Source of the DNA: a virus
Virus record (IMG/VR): IMGVR_UViG_3300034684_000096
Location: 56,005 to 120,004 of that record
DNA length: 64,000 nt
Direction: 5' to 3' (one strand)
Made by a program: the position numbers and the translations under genes. The notes beneath the pieces were generated by a model, which saw nothing but the letters and a program-made list of their open reading frames with translations, was not told the DNA's origin and searched no databases. Shown here piece after piece: positions 37,689-48,156 of the stretch (its first letter is position 1; every line of letters begins with the position of its first letter).

Positions 37689-38906
37689 TTAACCTCGCAT
37701 AAATCTAGGCTTGTAGGTAAATTCTGCTAGCTTACCTAAGTCATAATCAAACATACGAATCAATCCTTCTCTCACGTGGTAGTACCCTTCAGAAGAAGAC
37801 CAAGCATCTTCAGGCACCATTGCCGGATGCTGAACTACCAACACATTCTGTTGATATTCTTTTGTTACATCCATATTCTTCAATGTATGTAAATGTCCGG
37901 TATTCATAATCAAATCTGTACATGAGGCACAATCTTGAGGCCATAGGCTATACATGCTCTGTACTACATTTCCTTTCAACTCATGTGAGTATGCTAGCAA
38001 GGTATTGCCAAATACAATTCTCTTCCTTGGTGTAGGTTCACACATTACATTCACTGATTCATCGTTTCTGTAATATGCTTGAATAAACCTACCTAACATC
38101 AGTATTCTCGTAGCATCATGATTCCCCGGAACAATCATCAAGGTAATATTCTCGCTTATCTCATGCAAAGACTCAATAGCATCAACCAACATACTTTCAG
38201 CATATGCCTGTGTTTTTATATAGCGAGAATCTTCTGCCTGTGCAGTACCAGCTACTGTGGTGTTAGCAGATGAATCAACATTGAACCAATCACCTAATAG
38301 TTCTAATACAATTTCTTTTGGATGATAGGGTGTAATCACCATTTTTGCATACGCAATATAGTTTTCAAACTCAGACCTTGATTCATGAATATCCCAGTTA
38401 TCTCCACCACCTGAGACTTCCTTACCCCAGACCTGTTTTCCATGGTGCCAGTCAGCTAGAGATATAGTTGCCATCATGTTATTGAAATCATGAACAACTC
38501 TATCAAAAACAGGAGTCTTATATTCTGAAACAAACTCTCTAAATGCGTCTGCATATGCTGAAGGATTCATTACCCCAGCATCTACTGTGGGAACAAATGA
38601 GGCTTTGAATTGTAATTTACCATCAGCTCTCTGATTATAATCAACTCTATGTGGTTTCCATGTTGAAGCATCAAGCTTACCATAGTCCATTGCTTCAAAT
38701 ACATTGGTAATTGGTTTATTATCAGTTGAAGTTATTTCTACAGTCCCATTTGGTTTTTCATTAATACCTTCTTTTGACTGTTGCTTGTATAAGTTAATAT
38801 ACCTTTTCACAGACTTTACAGAGATATCAAAATATTCACTTGTTTCTTCAAAACCATGGTCCATAAAATAATCATATACTTCATTCAATTTTTTATTACT
38901 TATCAC
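37689..38906 (-). CDS. metallophosphoesterase with N-terminal HTH-like segment
   Basis: DWHHG, LGDW, PGNHD, SH, GHLH motifs. Confidence 0.85.
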   Translation of the reverse strand: MISNKKLNEVYDYFMDHGFEETSEYFDISVKSVKRYINLYKQQSKEGINEKPNGTVEITSTDNKPITNVFEAMDYGKLDASTWKPHRVDYNQRADGKLQFKASFVPTVDAGVMNPSAYADAFREFVSEYKTPVFDRVVHDFNNMMATISLADWHHGKQVWGKEVSGGGDNWDIHESRSEFENYIAYAKMVITPYHPKEIVLELLGDWFNVDSSANTTVAGTAQAEDSRYIKTQAYAESMLVDAIESLHEISENITLMIVPGNHDATRILMLGRFIQAYYRNDESVNVMCEPTPRKRIVFGNTLLAYSHELKGNVVQSMYSLWPQDCASCTDLIMNTGHLHTLKNMDVTKEYQQNVLVVQHPAMVPEDAWSSSEGYYHVREGLIRMFDYDLGKLAEFTYKPRFMRG

Positions 38907-39207
38907 TACATAGTTCTCCTATCAATAGAATCAGTGTATCATAATTCATATGCCATTGTCAAGTCCATTAATTCCTAAACAGAGTATTTATATTGTTAAA
39001 ATGAAATCTTCTGATAAGTAAAGATTTTTCAAAATCTGTTGTAGGACTTGAAAAGTCCTTATATTACGAAGTAATATTCTTTTCTTTTATATAGTATTAT
39101 ATATATTATATTATTGCAGGATTCGTGCCAACTTTTTTATAACTTAGTAACTGCTTATCTTATAATAGTTTACTGTTAATGGATAAAAATATATTTACTT
39201 CAGCCTA

Positions 39208-39316
39208 CACCCAAAAACCATGGAACGGCTATGTACCGTCACCCAAAAACCCGGGAATGGTATCAAAGGTCTGAGTACCGACACCTAAAAACCCGGGAAT
39301 GGTAGTAAAGGTCTGA
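39208..39316. repeat. 42-bp tandem repeat x2 plus partial third copy
   Basis: GTACCG(T/A)CACC(C/T)AAAAACCCGGGAATGGTA..AAAGGTCTGA at 39233 and 39275; CACCCAAAAACC at 39208. Confidence 0.9.
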
Positions 39317-39371
39317 TTATTTATATTTTAAAATAAGATAGTTAACAAATATATAAAGTTTCTGTACAGAC

Positions 39372-39400
39372 TTGACAATGGCGTAAATACGTGATATACT
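39372..39400 (+). promoter_or_regulatory. promoter of terminase gene
   Basis: TTGACA-17-TATACT with extended -10 TG, then AAGGAG. Confidence 0.75.
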
Positions 39401-39425
39401 GGTTATATATGAGAAGGAGAATAGG

Positions 39426-40988
39426 ATGAGTAGTTATGCTGACTTTGGATTAGATTTTAATTTGTTTCCTAAGCAAATGTTAATGTTCGCACACCCTGAT
39501 GTGATACCACCGGGCTATGAAATACCGAGAGAAGTGCTGTTCGGGGGCGCTGCAGGTGGCGGCAAATCTTATAGCATGAGAGCTATGAGTATTGCATTAG
39601 CTATTGAATGTCCCGGTGTTAATATTTACTTGTTCAGAAAAACATACACAGAGCTAGACTCAAACCATATGCTTGGTCCTAGTGGCTACCGTGCAATGTT
39701 GTCGACTGCTGTGGAAAAGAAACTTGTACGTATTGATTCACAGAAGAACTTGATTCAGTTTAAGAATGGTCCAAATGGTTCCTTTGCTGGCGGTTCAACA
39801 ATATTCTTACGCCATGTGCAGTACGATAAAGATGTGTACATTTATCAGGGAGCTGAAATACATGTGCTTATGATAGATGAGGCTACTCACTTTTCTGAAC
39901 CAATTTATAACTTCCTTAGAGGTCGTGTGCGTCTAGGAGATTGGAAACCACCAGAAAAGTGGAAGAATTGGTTCCCTAGAATCATCTGTTCATCTAACCC
40001 GGGGTCTACGTATCATAACTTTTGGAAACATATGTTTGTTGATTTTGTAGATAAAGATAACATTTATCGCCCTAAACGAGCATCTTCGGAAGAAGGTGGT
40101 ATGCTTAGACAATATATTCCTGCAACAGTATATGACAATCCTGCATTACTAGAAGGTGACCCGACATATATTGATAGGTTGAAAGGACTTGGTTCACCTG
40201 AGCTTGTAAAAGCAATGTTAGAAGGTGACTGGGATATTGTTGCTGGTGGTATGTTTGATGACATATGGAGAAAGGAAATACATGTAAGAGAACCATTCAA
40301 GATACCTAGTGGGTGGTACATTAACCGAGCATTTGACTGGGGTTCCTCAAAACCTTTTGCAGTGCTTTGGTTTGCTGAGTCAAATGGCGACCCTGTAGAA
40401 TTTGATGATGGCACATGGTATAAATTTCCTCCCGGTACTTTGTTTGTTATTGATGAATGGTATGGTAATGATAAGTGGGCTAAAGACCCTAACACTGGAT
40501 TGTTCATGGCTAACTACGATATTGGAGAAGGTATTAAGCGTCGTGAGCAACACAATAAGATTTTACGAGGTGTGTCAGGTAAAATAAACCCCGGACCTGC
40601 TGATGCAAGTATTTATACTATAATAAATAATGATTCACAGGCATCTGGTATAAATGCTGGATATTGGGGGAGTGCTTCAAGGAAACATAGTGATATTTTC
40701 TTTCCTTCTGATAAACGTTCAGGTACTCGTGTAAAGAGATGGTCTCTTATTCGTGATAGGTTGAATAATTCATTGGATATTAAAAAAGATACTCCTATGG
40801 AAAGACCGGGTTTATTTATATTCAATTCTTGTTCAGACTTGATAAGAACATTACCCACCGCTCCTAGGGATGAAAAGAATATTGATGATATTGATACTGC
40901 GTCTGAAGACCACTTGTTAGATGCTTTAGGATATCGTGTAATGCAGACACGAGCAGGGGTAGGAAGGCTTGGTGTTAAGCTAGGATAA
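39426..40988 (+). CDS. terL: terminase large subunit
   Basis: GGAAGGGKS Walker A, IDEATHF Walker B, SNPG, DWG and DHLLDALGY nuclease motifs. Confidence 0.95.
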   Translation: MSSYADFGLDFNLFPKQMLMFAHPDVIPPGYEIPREVLFGGAAGGGKSYSMRAMSIALAIECPGVNIYLFRKTYTELDSNHMLGPSGYRAMLSTAVEKKLVRIDSQKNLIQFKNGPNGSFAGGSTIFLRHVQYDKDVYIYQGAEIHVLMIDEATHFSEPIYNFLRGRVRLGDWKPPEKWKNWFPRIICSSNPGSTYHNFWKHMFVDFVDKDNIYRPKRASSEEGGMLRQYIPATVYDNPALLEGDPTYIDRLKGLGSPELVKAMLEGDWDIVAGGMFDDIWRKEIHVREPFKIPSGWYINRAFDWGSSKPFAVLWFAESNGDPVEFDDGTWYKFPPGTLFVIDEWYGNDKWAKDPNTGLFMANYDIGEGIKRREQHNKILRGVSGKINPGPADASIYTIINNDSQASGINAGYWGSASRKHSDIFFPSDKRSGTRVKRWSLIRDRLNNSLDIKKDTPMERPGLFIFNSCSDLIRTLPTAPRDEKNIDDIDTASEDHLLDALGYRVMQTRAGVGRLGVKLG

Positions 40989-40991
40989 CCC

Positions 40992-41023
40992 GGACTTGAC
41001 AATGGCATATCGTATATGTTACT
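40992..41023 (+). promoter_or_regulatory. conserved late-type promoter motif (also at 42600, 47044, 61869 on +; 38966, 7429, 1272 on -)
   Basis: GGACTTGACA(A/T)TG(G/T)C-N8-T(A/G)TG(A/T/G)T. Confidence 0.75.
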
Positions 41024-41052
41024 GTATAATGTAATTTGTAGGAGAAGCTATT

Positions 41053-42588
41053 GTGGAATTAAATATAACAGATGTATCATACACACGTGGTGAATTAGTA
41101 AGAGCGTTACCTAACATGAAGAAAGTTAGGGACGCTGTTGCTGGTGAATGGGCTATTAAACAGGAAAGTACACTTTATCTTCCTAGACTTCCGGGGCATA
41201 CGGATACAAAAGAAGGGAATGAATCGTACTTAATTTATTTACAATATGCTCACTTTTATCCAGCTACTGCGAGAACTGCACAGGGGTTACGTGGACTAGT
41301 ATTTAGGCGTGACCCGGTAATTAATATACCAGAGGAGTTGGAACGCTATAGAGACAATATTACTGCAGATGGGCAATCTCTTGTATCATTTGCTAAAGAT
41401 GTGTTGCTCGAAGTTATTCAGACAAACCGTTGTGGTATATTTGTTGACTTTCCTGAAGTTAATACAGAGTATAATTATTCTCGTGCAGATATGGAAAAAT
41501 TTAATATTAGACCATATGTACGTTTGTATAAAGCTGAAACTATTATCAATTGGCGAACAGAGGTGGTTAATAATCAAACAATCACCTCTTTAGTCGTGTT
41601 AAAAGAAGATGTTGAAAAACCAGATGTGGGTGGTTTTAGAACAAAGACCATTCCGCAATATCGTGTATTATATTTAGATGATGATTATGTCTACACACAA
41701 AATGTATACCAGTATTTAGATGCAGACCCACGTGTAGGTATAGAAGGTGGAATGACTTTGATTGATAGTGTACAACCACTTGTGAATGGGAAATATTTAG
41801 ATTATATCCCATTTTACCCAATTACTGACAAAGGTATTACTTGGGAATTAACCGATTCCGTATTACTTCCTCTTGCAGAAACTAATATTAGTCATTATAG
41901 AAATAGTGCAAACAGAGAGAATGCTTTAATTTGGACAGGGAACCCTACTCCTGTCTTCTCAGGCTATGCTGGAGACCCAGATGAAGGAAGTATACGCTTA
42001 GGCTCATGTGAAGCGATACTGGTCCAAAACGGTGGTTCTGCAAGCTTCTTAGAATTCACTGGTCAAGGCTTAACTCCTATTAAAGATGTTATGGATGAGA
42101 AAGAGGAAGAGATGGCTGTTCTTGGCGCACGTATTATCGCTCCTGATAAGCGTAGTGCAGAGACTGCTGAGTCTGCTGCAATACATAGAGCTGGTGAGCA
42201 AAGTGTATTGGCAGACATTGCAAATTCTGAATCTGATGGTCTTACTCGAATTATGAGGTTTATTGCTTTATACCATGGAATAGAAGATGTGGAAAGTATT
42301 CAGATTATGCTTAATACTGACTATATGCCTACTGAAATGAAAAGTGATATGGTTGCTCGTCTTGGTGAATTATACCAGCTTGGTATCATGTCTTTTAAAT
42401 CATATTTCCATGCATTACAAAAAGGTGAAATCTATAAGAGTGATTTAACTGCAGATGAAGAATATGCATTGATTGAAGCAGATAGAAAGAAGAAAGAAAA
42501 ACAAGCAGTTATTGCTGAAGAGAAAATAATAAATCGTACTTCTTCTTTAAAACCCAATGTACAAAATACTGAAAATCAGCAAAAATAA
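41053..42588 (+). CDS. portal protein (DUF4055-like)
   Basis: position after terL; YLPRL, IINWR, NISHYRNSA, AETA motifs. Confidence 0.9.
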   Translation: MELNITDVSYTRGELVRALPNMKKVRDAVAGEWAIKQESTLYLPRLPGHTDTKEGNESYLIYLQYAHFYPATARTAQGLRGLVFRRDPVINIPEELERYRDNITADGQSLVSFAKDVLLEVIQTNRCGIFVDFPEVNTEYNYSRADMEKFNIRPYVRLYKAETIINWRTEVVNNQTITSLVVLKEDVEKPDVGGFRTKTIPQYRVLYLDDDYVYTQNVYQYLDADPRVGIEGGMTLIDSVQPLVNGKYLDYIPFYPITDKGITWELTDSVLLPLAETNISHYRNSANRENALIWTGNPTPVFSGYAGDPDEGSIRLGSCEAILVQNGGSASFLEFTGQGLTPIKDVMDEKEEEMAVLGARIIAPDKRSAETAESAAIHRAGEQSVLADIANSESDGLTRIMRFIALYHGIEDVESIQIMLNTDYMPTEMKSDMVARLGELYQLGIMSFKSYFHALQKGEIYKSDLTADEEYALIEADRKKKEKQAVIAEEKIINRTSSLKPNVQNTENQQK

Positions 42589-42719
42589 GTAAAAATCCCG
42601 GACTTGACATTGGCATAACGAATATGTTACTGTATTTATAGAATAAAAATATGTGGTATTAGACCATAGGTAGGAACAAAATTCAGTCGGAGACTGAGTG
42701 AATCAACCCGGAGGGTTTT

Positions 42720-43535
42720 ATGGAACGAGAAGAATTAGAAAAATTGTTAGAGTCTGAAGATGTTCAGGCTGTGTTGAGTGAGAAGTATGTCCTTAAGAAT
42801 GATGTGGAAAAGCTTGAGGGTAAAAAGAATCAGATTCTCGGAGAGAAGAAGAAAATTCAGGAAAAGAATCATGAGCTAGAGCAGACATTGGCACAATATA
42901 AGGCTATGTCTGAAAAGATTGGACAACTAGGATTTAATCCTGACGAAAAGTTTGCTGAATTTATTGCATCACTAGAGGTTAAACCTGAAGGTGACGTAGA
43001 AGGTGCCCCACATAAAGATGGTACCAAACTGGAAGACAGACTTGTCATCCAACAGAGAACCTATGAAGCACGTCTCGAAGCTCTTAAAGAGTCTAAGGAT
43101 GCCCGCATCAAGGAACTTGAGGATACACTGCATAATACCATCTCAGGATGGGATGCTGAAAAAATTGAGAACGCACTGAATCATGAATTAGACAGAATTG
43201 ATGTGCTGCCCACACACAAGAAAATCCTAAAAGACGCTTTTAGGGGTCTGGCTAGTATTGAGGAAGATGAGGATGGAGTCCGTAGCGTTCAAATTAGAAC
43301 AGAGGACGGGCTACAAGTTTCTGCAAAAGAATACTTTGATGCCTTTGCACAGAGTGCGGAAGGTAAAGCCTACATTGCTGCTCCTACTACGACAGGTGGC
43401 GGTGCTCTTGGTGGAAAAGGCACTAGGAACACAATTGATTTCGTTGCCGAACGTAATAAGGCTATGCAGAATGGTGACACACCGCAATCTATTCATCTTG
43501 CATTAAGTGAATGGAAGCGAAGACAAAAGAATTAA
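42720..43535 (+). CDS. capsid scaffolding protein
   Basis: acidic coiled coil with GGGA tail, directly before capsid gene. Confidence 0.75.
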   Translation: MEREELEKLLESEDVQAVLSEKYVLKNDVEKLEGKKNQILGEKKKIQEKNHELEQTLAQYKAMSEKIGQLGFNPDEKFAEFIASLEVKPEGDVEGAPHKDGTKLEDRLVIQQRTYEARLEALKESKDARIKELEDTLHNTISGWDAEKIENALNHELDRIDVLPTHKKILKDAFRGLASIEEDEDGVRSVQIRTEDGLQVSAKEYFDAFAQSAEGKAYIAAPTTTGGGALGGKGTRNTIDFVAERNKAMQNGDTPQSIHLALSEWKRRQKN

Positions 43536-43549
43536 ACGGAGGTGCTTAA

Positions 43550-44560
43550 ATGGCACAATATACTGGAACTGTTTCCTCATGGGAACTCCCTAATTTTGTT
43601 GGAGAGTTGTATACTGCCGAGATTATTCCCGGCGTGCAGGAAGTAAACCCTACTTTCTTGACCCTTATTGGTGGACTTAATGGAGCTAATGCTCGTATCG
43701 TCCCTGATATGAATTTTACTATGAACGTCGACTTTGATTATCCTGCGCCTAGTCAGCCAGCTATTTCAGAGCAGAGTTCAATTACTGGTGTTCCTGAACC
43801 AGTTAACCCAATTGTGACCCCTTCCGACAATACTTGTCAGATTTACATGGCTGGTGTTGAGGAATCTTATGTCAGCATGGCTACTCGTGGTCGTATTATT
43901 ACTGACCAATTGTATCCCGCTGTCAATCCTACTGAAGGTTGGGTGTCTGAAACTAGTCCTATGAATGACATGGCTGCTATCGAAAAGCAGATTACCTATG
44001 CATTACAGAGGATTTCTCGTGATGTTAACTTTACTTTCGTAAATGGCGTCTATCACAAGGCTACTTCTAAGGCAGATGCTGCCAAGACTAGAGGTTTGCT
44101 TGAGGCTATTACTACTAACGCTGTTGATGCTGCTGGAGCAGAGCTTTCTGATGAAATTTTCAGTGCTCTAACTCGTGCTGTTGTCACCAACTCTGGTGGT
44201 CGTGCTTTTGGTAGTCTTCCTATCTTACTGATGAATGCAACTCAGAAGCAGAAATTCTCTGCAATGTATGCATATCCTCCTACTGATAGGAATATTGCTG
44301 GTTACAATATCAAGCAGTTTGAAACTGATTTCGGACCTGTTGGTGTTGTGTACGAACCTACTATCCCTAATGACACTATCTTACTTGTGTCTCTTAGCTT
44401 GATTAAGCCTGTATTTAACCCAGTTCCGGGTAAGGGTATCTTGTTCTATGAGCCAAAGGCCAAGGTTGGTGCTTCTGAAGGTGGTATGATTTACGGACAT
44501 ATCGGTCTTGACTATGGTCCAGAATGGATGCATGGTAAGATTACTGGATTAGCTGTATAA
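43550..44560 (+). CDS. major capsid protein (DUF5309/SU10-like)
   Basis: LPNFVGEL, NTCQI, TRGLL, ETDFG, GLDYGPEWMHGKITGL. Confidence 0.9.
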   Translation: MAQYTGTVSSWELPNFVGELYTAEIIPGVQEVNPTFLTLIGGLNGANARIVPDMNFTMNVDFDYPAPSQPAISEQSSITGVPEPVNPIVTPSDNTCQIYMAGVEESYVSMATRGRIITDQLYPAVNPTEGWVSETSPMNDMAAIEKQITYALQRISRDVNFTFVNGVYHKATSKADAAKTRGLLEAITTNAVDAAGAELSDEIFSALTRAVVTNSGGRAFGSLPILLMNATQKQKFSAMYAYPPTDRNIAGYNIKQFETDFGPVGVVYEPTIPNDTILLVSLSLIKPVFNPVPGKGILFYEPKAKVGASEGGMIYGHIGLDYGPEWMHGKITGLAV

Positions 44561-44585
44561 GCTAATTATTGTTAACGGAACTAAT

Positions 44586-44604
44586 GGGGGGAGTTACTCC
44601 CCCC
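44586..44604 (+). terminator. hairpin after capsid gene
   Basis: GGGGGGAG-TTA-CTCCCCCC. Confidence 0.6.
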
Positions 44605-44623
44605 TTCGTTAAAGGAGATTTTT

Positions 44624-45205
44624 ATGGCTACTGAATTTAACTTAAAAGTTAGAAACCCTGAACTTAAGAGACAGCTTGAAGAGATTGTCGGAGTGGTAAA
44701 CACTCTTGAAGATGCAAACACTGCTGTTGCTGTTTCTGGAGCACCTACTGCTCCTGTCGCTTCCACTGTTGATTTAGAGTTAGCTACTCAACCTACTGCT
44801 GGGGACACATTTAGTATCTCTCAGGGATTAGTTGTTGAGGAGTTTACATTTGTAGAAACTGCGGAAGATGCATTTGACGTTGCACTTGGTCTTGATGTAT
44901 CGGCTACTCAGGCAAATGTTGTAACCGCAATCAACACTGACAGTGTTCTTGTAGAAGCTGGTGCTTTTGAATCTGATGTTAGTGAGTTAACTGCACTTGT
45001 TGCAGGTACTGTTGGTGATACCATTGCTGTTGAATCAGTACTTACTGATGAGACTGATGGGTTCTCTGCTGCGAATCTTTCTGGTGGGGTTGATGGTACT
45101 GTTGGTTTTGATGGACAGTTACGTTATGCATCTGATGCATTGTATGTCTCTGTTGGTGAGAGCACTACTGCTGTTTCTAATTGGAAGTCTGTTGCACTGA
45201 GCTAA
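44624..45205 (+). CDS. probable head decoration/structural protein
   Basis: acidic beta-rich protein after MCP; hairpin at 45220-45249. Confidence 0.6.
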   Translation: MATEFNLKVRNPELKRQLEEIVGVVNTLEDANTAVAVSGAPTAPVASTVDLELATQPTAGDTFSISQGLVVEEFTFVETAEDAFDVALGLDVSATQANVVTAINTDSVLVEAGAFESDVSELTALVAGTVGDTIAVESVLTDETDGFSAANLSGGVDGTVGFDGQLRYASDALYVSVGESTTAVSNWKSVALS

Positions 45206-45268
45206 TGTGTATATTGTAGTCAGACTTTCCTTATATAAGGAAAGTCTGATTGTAATTAGGAGTAAGGA

Positions 45269-45727
45269 ATGGCTAAATATACTAAGACTTATACATTCTT
45301 AGGTACTGGAATTATATGGGACAGTGCTGAGCATAAAGAATTATGTTCTTTTGATAAAAATGGCAGACTGGTAACCAGTGATTCTACCCTTGTTGATAAG
45401 TTATTGAAATTAGGTGTTCCTTATGAAGATGCTCAATCAAACATTTTATCCCGTACTGAATACGCTGTAGAGATACTTAAAGAGCGTATTAATATACTTG
45501 AACGTATCAATGAAGAACAACGTATTAAAATTGAAAAACTAGAAAGAGATAATATGATGGAGACTATGTTAACGAGAGAACAGCTTGAGGCTGAACTTAA
45601 GTTCATTGGTGCTCCGTATCCTAGAAAAGCAAAAGATAGTACATTGGTCTATATATTAAGAGAGTATAAGAGACAGTTACGGGAAAAGATAGAGCGAGAA
45701 CAACACGCTAAAGAGCACAGTATATAA
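45269..45727 (+). CDS. hypothetical protein
   Basis: ORF with RBS in head module. Confidence 0.65.
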   Translation: MAKYTKTYTFLGTGIIWDSAEHKELCSFDKNGRLVTSDSTLVDKLLKLGVPYEDAQSNILSRTEYAVEILKERINILERINEEQRIKIEKLERDNMMETMLTREQLEAELKFIGAPYPRKAKDSTLVYILREYKRQLREKIEREQHAKEHSI

Positions 45728-45743
45728 TTAGGCGGTATAATAG

Positions 45744-46130
45744 ATGAGCACTATAACATGGGACTTGGTCCTTGCTATTGTAGGTAGTGGATGTTTAGGT
45801 GGTGCCATCATGTGGATATATTCTACAATTAAGAATAAAGGTATAAGTGAGTTTAAAACCAATGAATTATTCTGTCGTGTAGACGATATTGAAAAAAGGC
45901 AAGACGAACATGATACTAGCTACATAGAATTTAAACAAGAAGTGAGTGAAGAACTTAATTCCTTGGAGAAAAAGATGAATGATTCTAATAAGGATTTAGC
46001 TCTTAGATTAACTAAAATGGAAGTTGATTTATCGCATATTAAAGAAATGCAGATTGCACATAATCAAGCGTTAATAGAGACTTCTAGAGATATAAAACAG
46101 ATTTTGAGTAGGACGCCTACAAAGGAGTAA
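45744..46130 (+). CDS. membrane-anchored coiled-coil protein (holin/spanin-like?)
   Basis: single N-terminal TM segment then coiled coil. Confidence 0.5.
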   Translation: MSTITWDLVLAIVGSGCLGGAIMWIYSTIKNKGISEFKTNELFCRVDDIEKRQDEHDTSYIEFKQEVSEELNSLEKKMNDSNKDLALRLTKMEVDLSHIKEMQIAHNQALIETSRDIKQILSRTPTKE

Positions 46131-46134
46131 CATA

Positions 46135-46647
46135 ATGTTTATAGTAGAAGATGGGACTGGATTATCAGATGCTAATTCATATGTTTCTTTAGATTGGGCG
46201 AATTCCTACTTTGCAGACCGAGGAAACACTTCTTGGTCTGGGGCGCTCGATGCTGAAAAGCAGGTGGCGCTAGTAAAGGCAACAGACTATATTGATGCGT
46301 CGTATGATTTCCCCGGAGAGATTTTAGTTTCTTCACAAGCATTAAAATGGCCTAGGGCTAATGCCACAGATAAATATGGCGAGACACTGGAAGGCATTCC
46401 TGTAATATTAATGAAAGCTACTGCTGAACTAGCAGTACGTGCCTTGTCTGAAGAGTTACTCCAAGACATTGAGAAGCAAGGCTACATAAAGAGAGAGCGT
46501 GTCGAAGGTGCCGTTGAAAGAGAGTATGGAGGAGATGGAGTATATCCTCTTAAATCATATGTTTATATAAATAGGCTATTAATGGGAAGTGGTATTGCAA
46601 TATCCAAGAGTGGAACATTAGGCCAAAAAAGAATAATAAGGTGTTAA
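46135..46647 (+). CDS. head-tail adaptor (DnaT-like annotated family)
   Basis: IVEDGTGL..ANSYVS...ATDYID...QALKWPR. Confidence 0.85.
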   Translation: MFIVEDGTGLSDANSYVSLDWANSYFADRGNTSWSGALDAEKQVALVKATDYIDASYDFPGEILVSSQALKWPRANATDKYGETLEGIPVILMKATAELAVRALSEELLQDIEKQGYIKRERVEGAVEREYGGDGVYPLKSYVYINRLLMGSGIAISKSGTLGQKRIIRC

Positions 46648-46648
46648 T

Positions 46649-47041
46649 ATGGGCGCATTTAGTGATTCGATGAAAGGTGTTTCTGAATCTCTCATTATTG
46701 AGTATGGTTCAGAAATTACATTAGTTCAGAGTCCACCAGAACCTCAGATTGAGATGGGGACAACAAGACCATATTGGATGATAGAGGGTGTGAAGTCGTA
46801 TACTCCGCCCTCTTCTGCTCGTTATGCTGGATATGCGATTCAAAAAGACGTAAAAGCACATGAAACATTAGACGGACGTATTCGTATAACCGATATGGTA
46901 ATGATAGCAGTGAGAATTCCCACTCCTACAGTTAAAGACATAATTGAATGGGCTGGAAATAAATATACTATTTTACATGTCATTCCAACATATGTGCAAG
47001 GGAATATTGTTATCCATAAACTGTATGTTAGGAAGTCTTAG
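46649..47041 (+). CDS. probable head closure protein
   Basis: synteny and size; LIIEYG..ITL. Confidence 0.65.
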   Translation: MGAFSDSMKGVSESLIIEYGSEITLVQSPPEPQIEMGTTRPYWMIEGVKSYTPPSSARYAGYAIQKDVKAHETLDGRIRITDMVMIAVRIPTPTVKDIIEWAGNKYTILHVIPTYVQGNIVIHKLYVRKS

Positions 47042-47089
47042 TCGGACTTGACAATGTCATAGCAAATATGATACTGTATAGGAGTAACA

Positions 47090-47659
47090 ATGGGAGCAAG
47101 AGTTAGTATAACAAGTAATCCTAAAAAGCTAAAAGCCAAGATGGAAAAAGCTATAGGAAAAAAGAAGAAAGTGTTGAATGAAGCCATTACTCAATACGTA
47201 CTAGCATCATTTGAGACAACTCTACAAAACACTCCTACTGATACTGGTCAGTTAATGGCTAACTGGAATTTTTATATAACAAGAGGGGAAGCTCCTTTTG
47301 TTAGGTTACCGGACTATAATGCAAGACGTCATGACAGATATGATTATTCTGGAAGACGCGCAATGCATGAAATAGCGGTAAGAGAACAGATGATGGTTAT
47401 CAAACGTGAACTAGCAGTTTCTGGTATTAACTTCCTTAAAAAAGGCAGAACAAGAATAACTGTTGGTATAAAGAATGAAGCGCCATATTTTGATGTACTT
47501 GATAAAGGGTTATACAGAGTAAAACCACCTTTAGTAAACGTTACACCAAATGGTTATTCAATACAAGCACCACAAGGTATTATAAGAGTTACACTTTCAT
47601 CTATAAAAGGTGAAAATGAGTTTAAGCAATTTATTGGAGTGAGAGGAGTTAGTACATGA
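47090..47659 (+). CDS. neck/tail completion protein (HK97 gp10-like)
   Basis: TPTDTGQLMANW...N.APY...L..G...S.QAPQG. Confidence 0.8.
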   Translation: MGARVSITSNPKKLKAKMEKAIGKKKKVLNEAITQYVLASFETTLQNTPTDTGQLMANWNFYITRGEAPFVRLPDYNARRHDRYDYSGRRAMHEIAVREQMMVIKRELAVSGINFLKKGRTRITVGIKNEAPYFDVLDKGLYRVKPPLVNVTPNGYSIQAPQGIIRVTLSSIKGENEFKQFIGVRGVST

Positions 47660-48090
47660 TAGACAGTCAGACAAAAGCTGAGTATGCACTAAACACTCAC
47701 TTGCAAACATATATTACAGAAATTCCCCTAGTATTTCCAAATACTCCATACAATCCGTCAGTGACGAATGAGTTTATAAGAGTATCACATATACCGGGAG
47801 GTAAGCGACAAGCCACATTGGGCAGTACTGGTTTGAATCGCATAAGTGGTATGTTCGTGCTTTATGTCAGTTATCCAATAACGGCAGAAAACATAGGTAC
47901 ATATAATGCTAATCAAGTTGCAGGGCAATTAGTGGCATTATATGAACGAGGCACAAAACTTACCTACGATGGAGTGGTCGTTACATGTGAACGAGCACAA
48001 AGAACAGGTTCTTTTGGTGATGAGACAAGATATACAGCTACGGTTGAAATATCTTGGTATGCTTACACTGATAAAGAAACTGTATCATAA
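47656..48090 (+). CDS. tail terminator protein
   Basis: synteny; FPN.PYNP, R.SG.F, GTKL. Confidence 0.75.
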   Translation: MIDSQTKAEYALNTHLQTYITEIPLVFPNTPYNPSVTNEFIRVSHIPGGKRQATLGSTGLNRISGMFVLYVSYPITAENIGTYNANQVAGQLVALYERGTKLTYDGVVVTCERAQRTGSFGDETRYTATVEISWYAYTDKETVS

Positions 48091-48156
48091 CTGATAGTAT
48101 AGGAATGGGCAACTTTACAATTCAGTGAATATTAATTGTATTATGGAGGTTGGCTA

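Noticed and set aside
34270-40988. Introns or inteins in nrdJ and terL
   Set aside because: Both ORFs are continuous and of normal length, with no intein or intron signatures seen.
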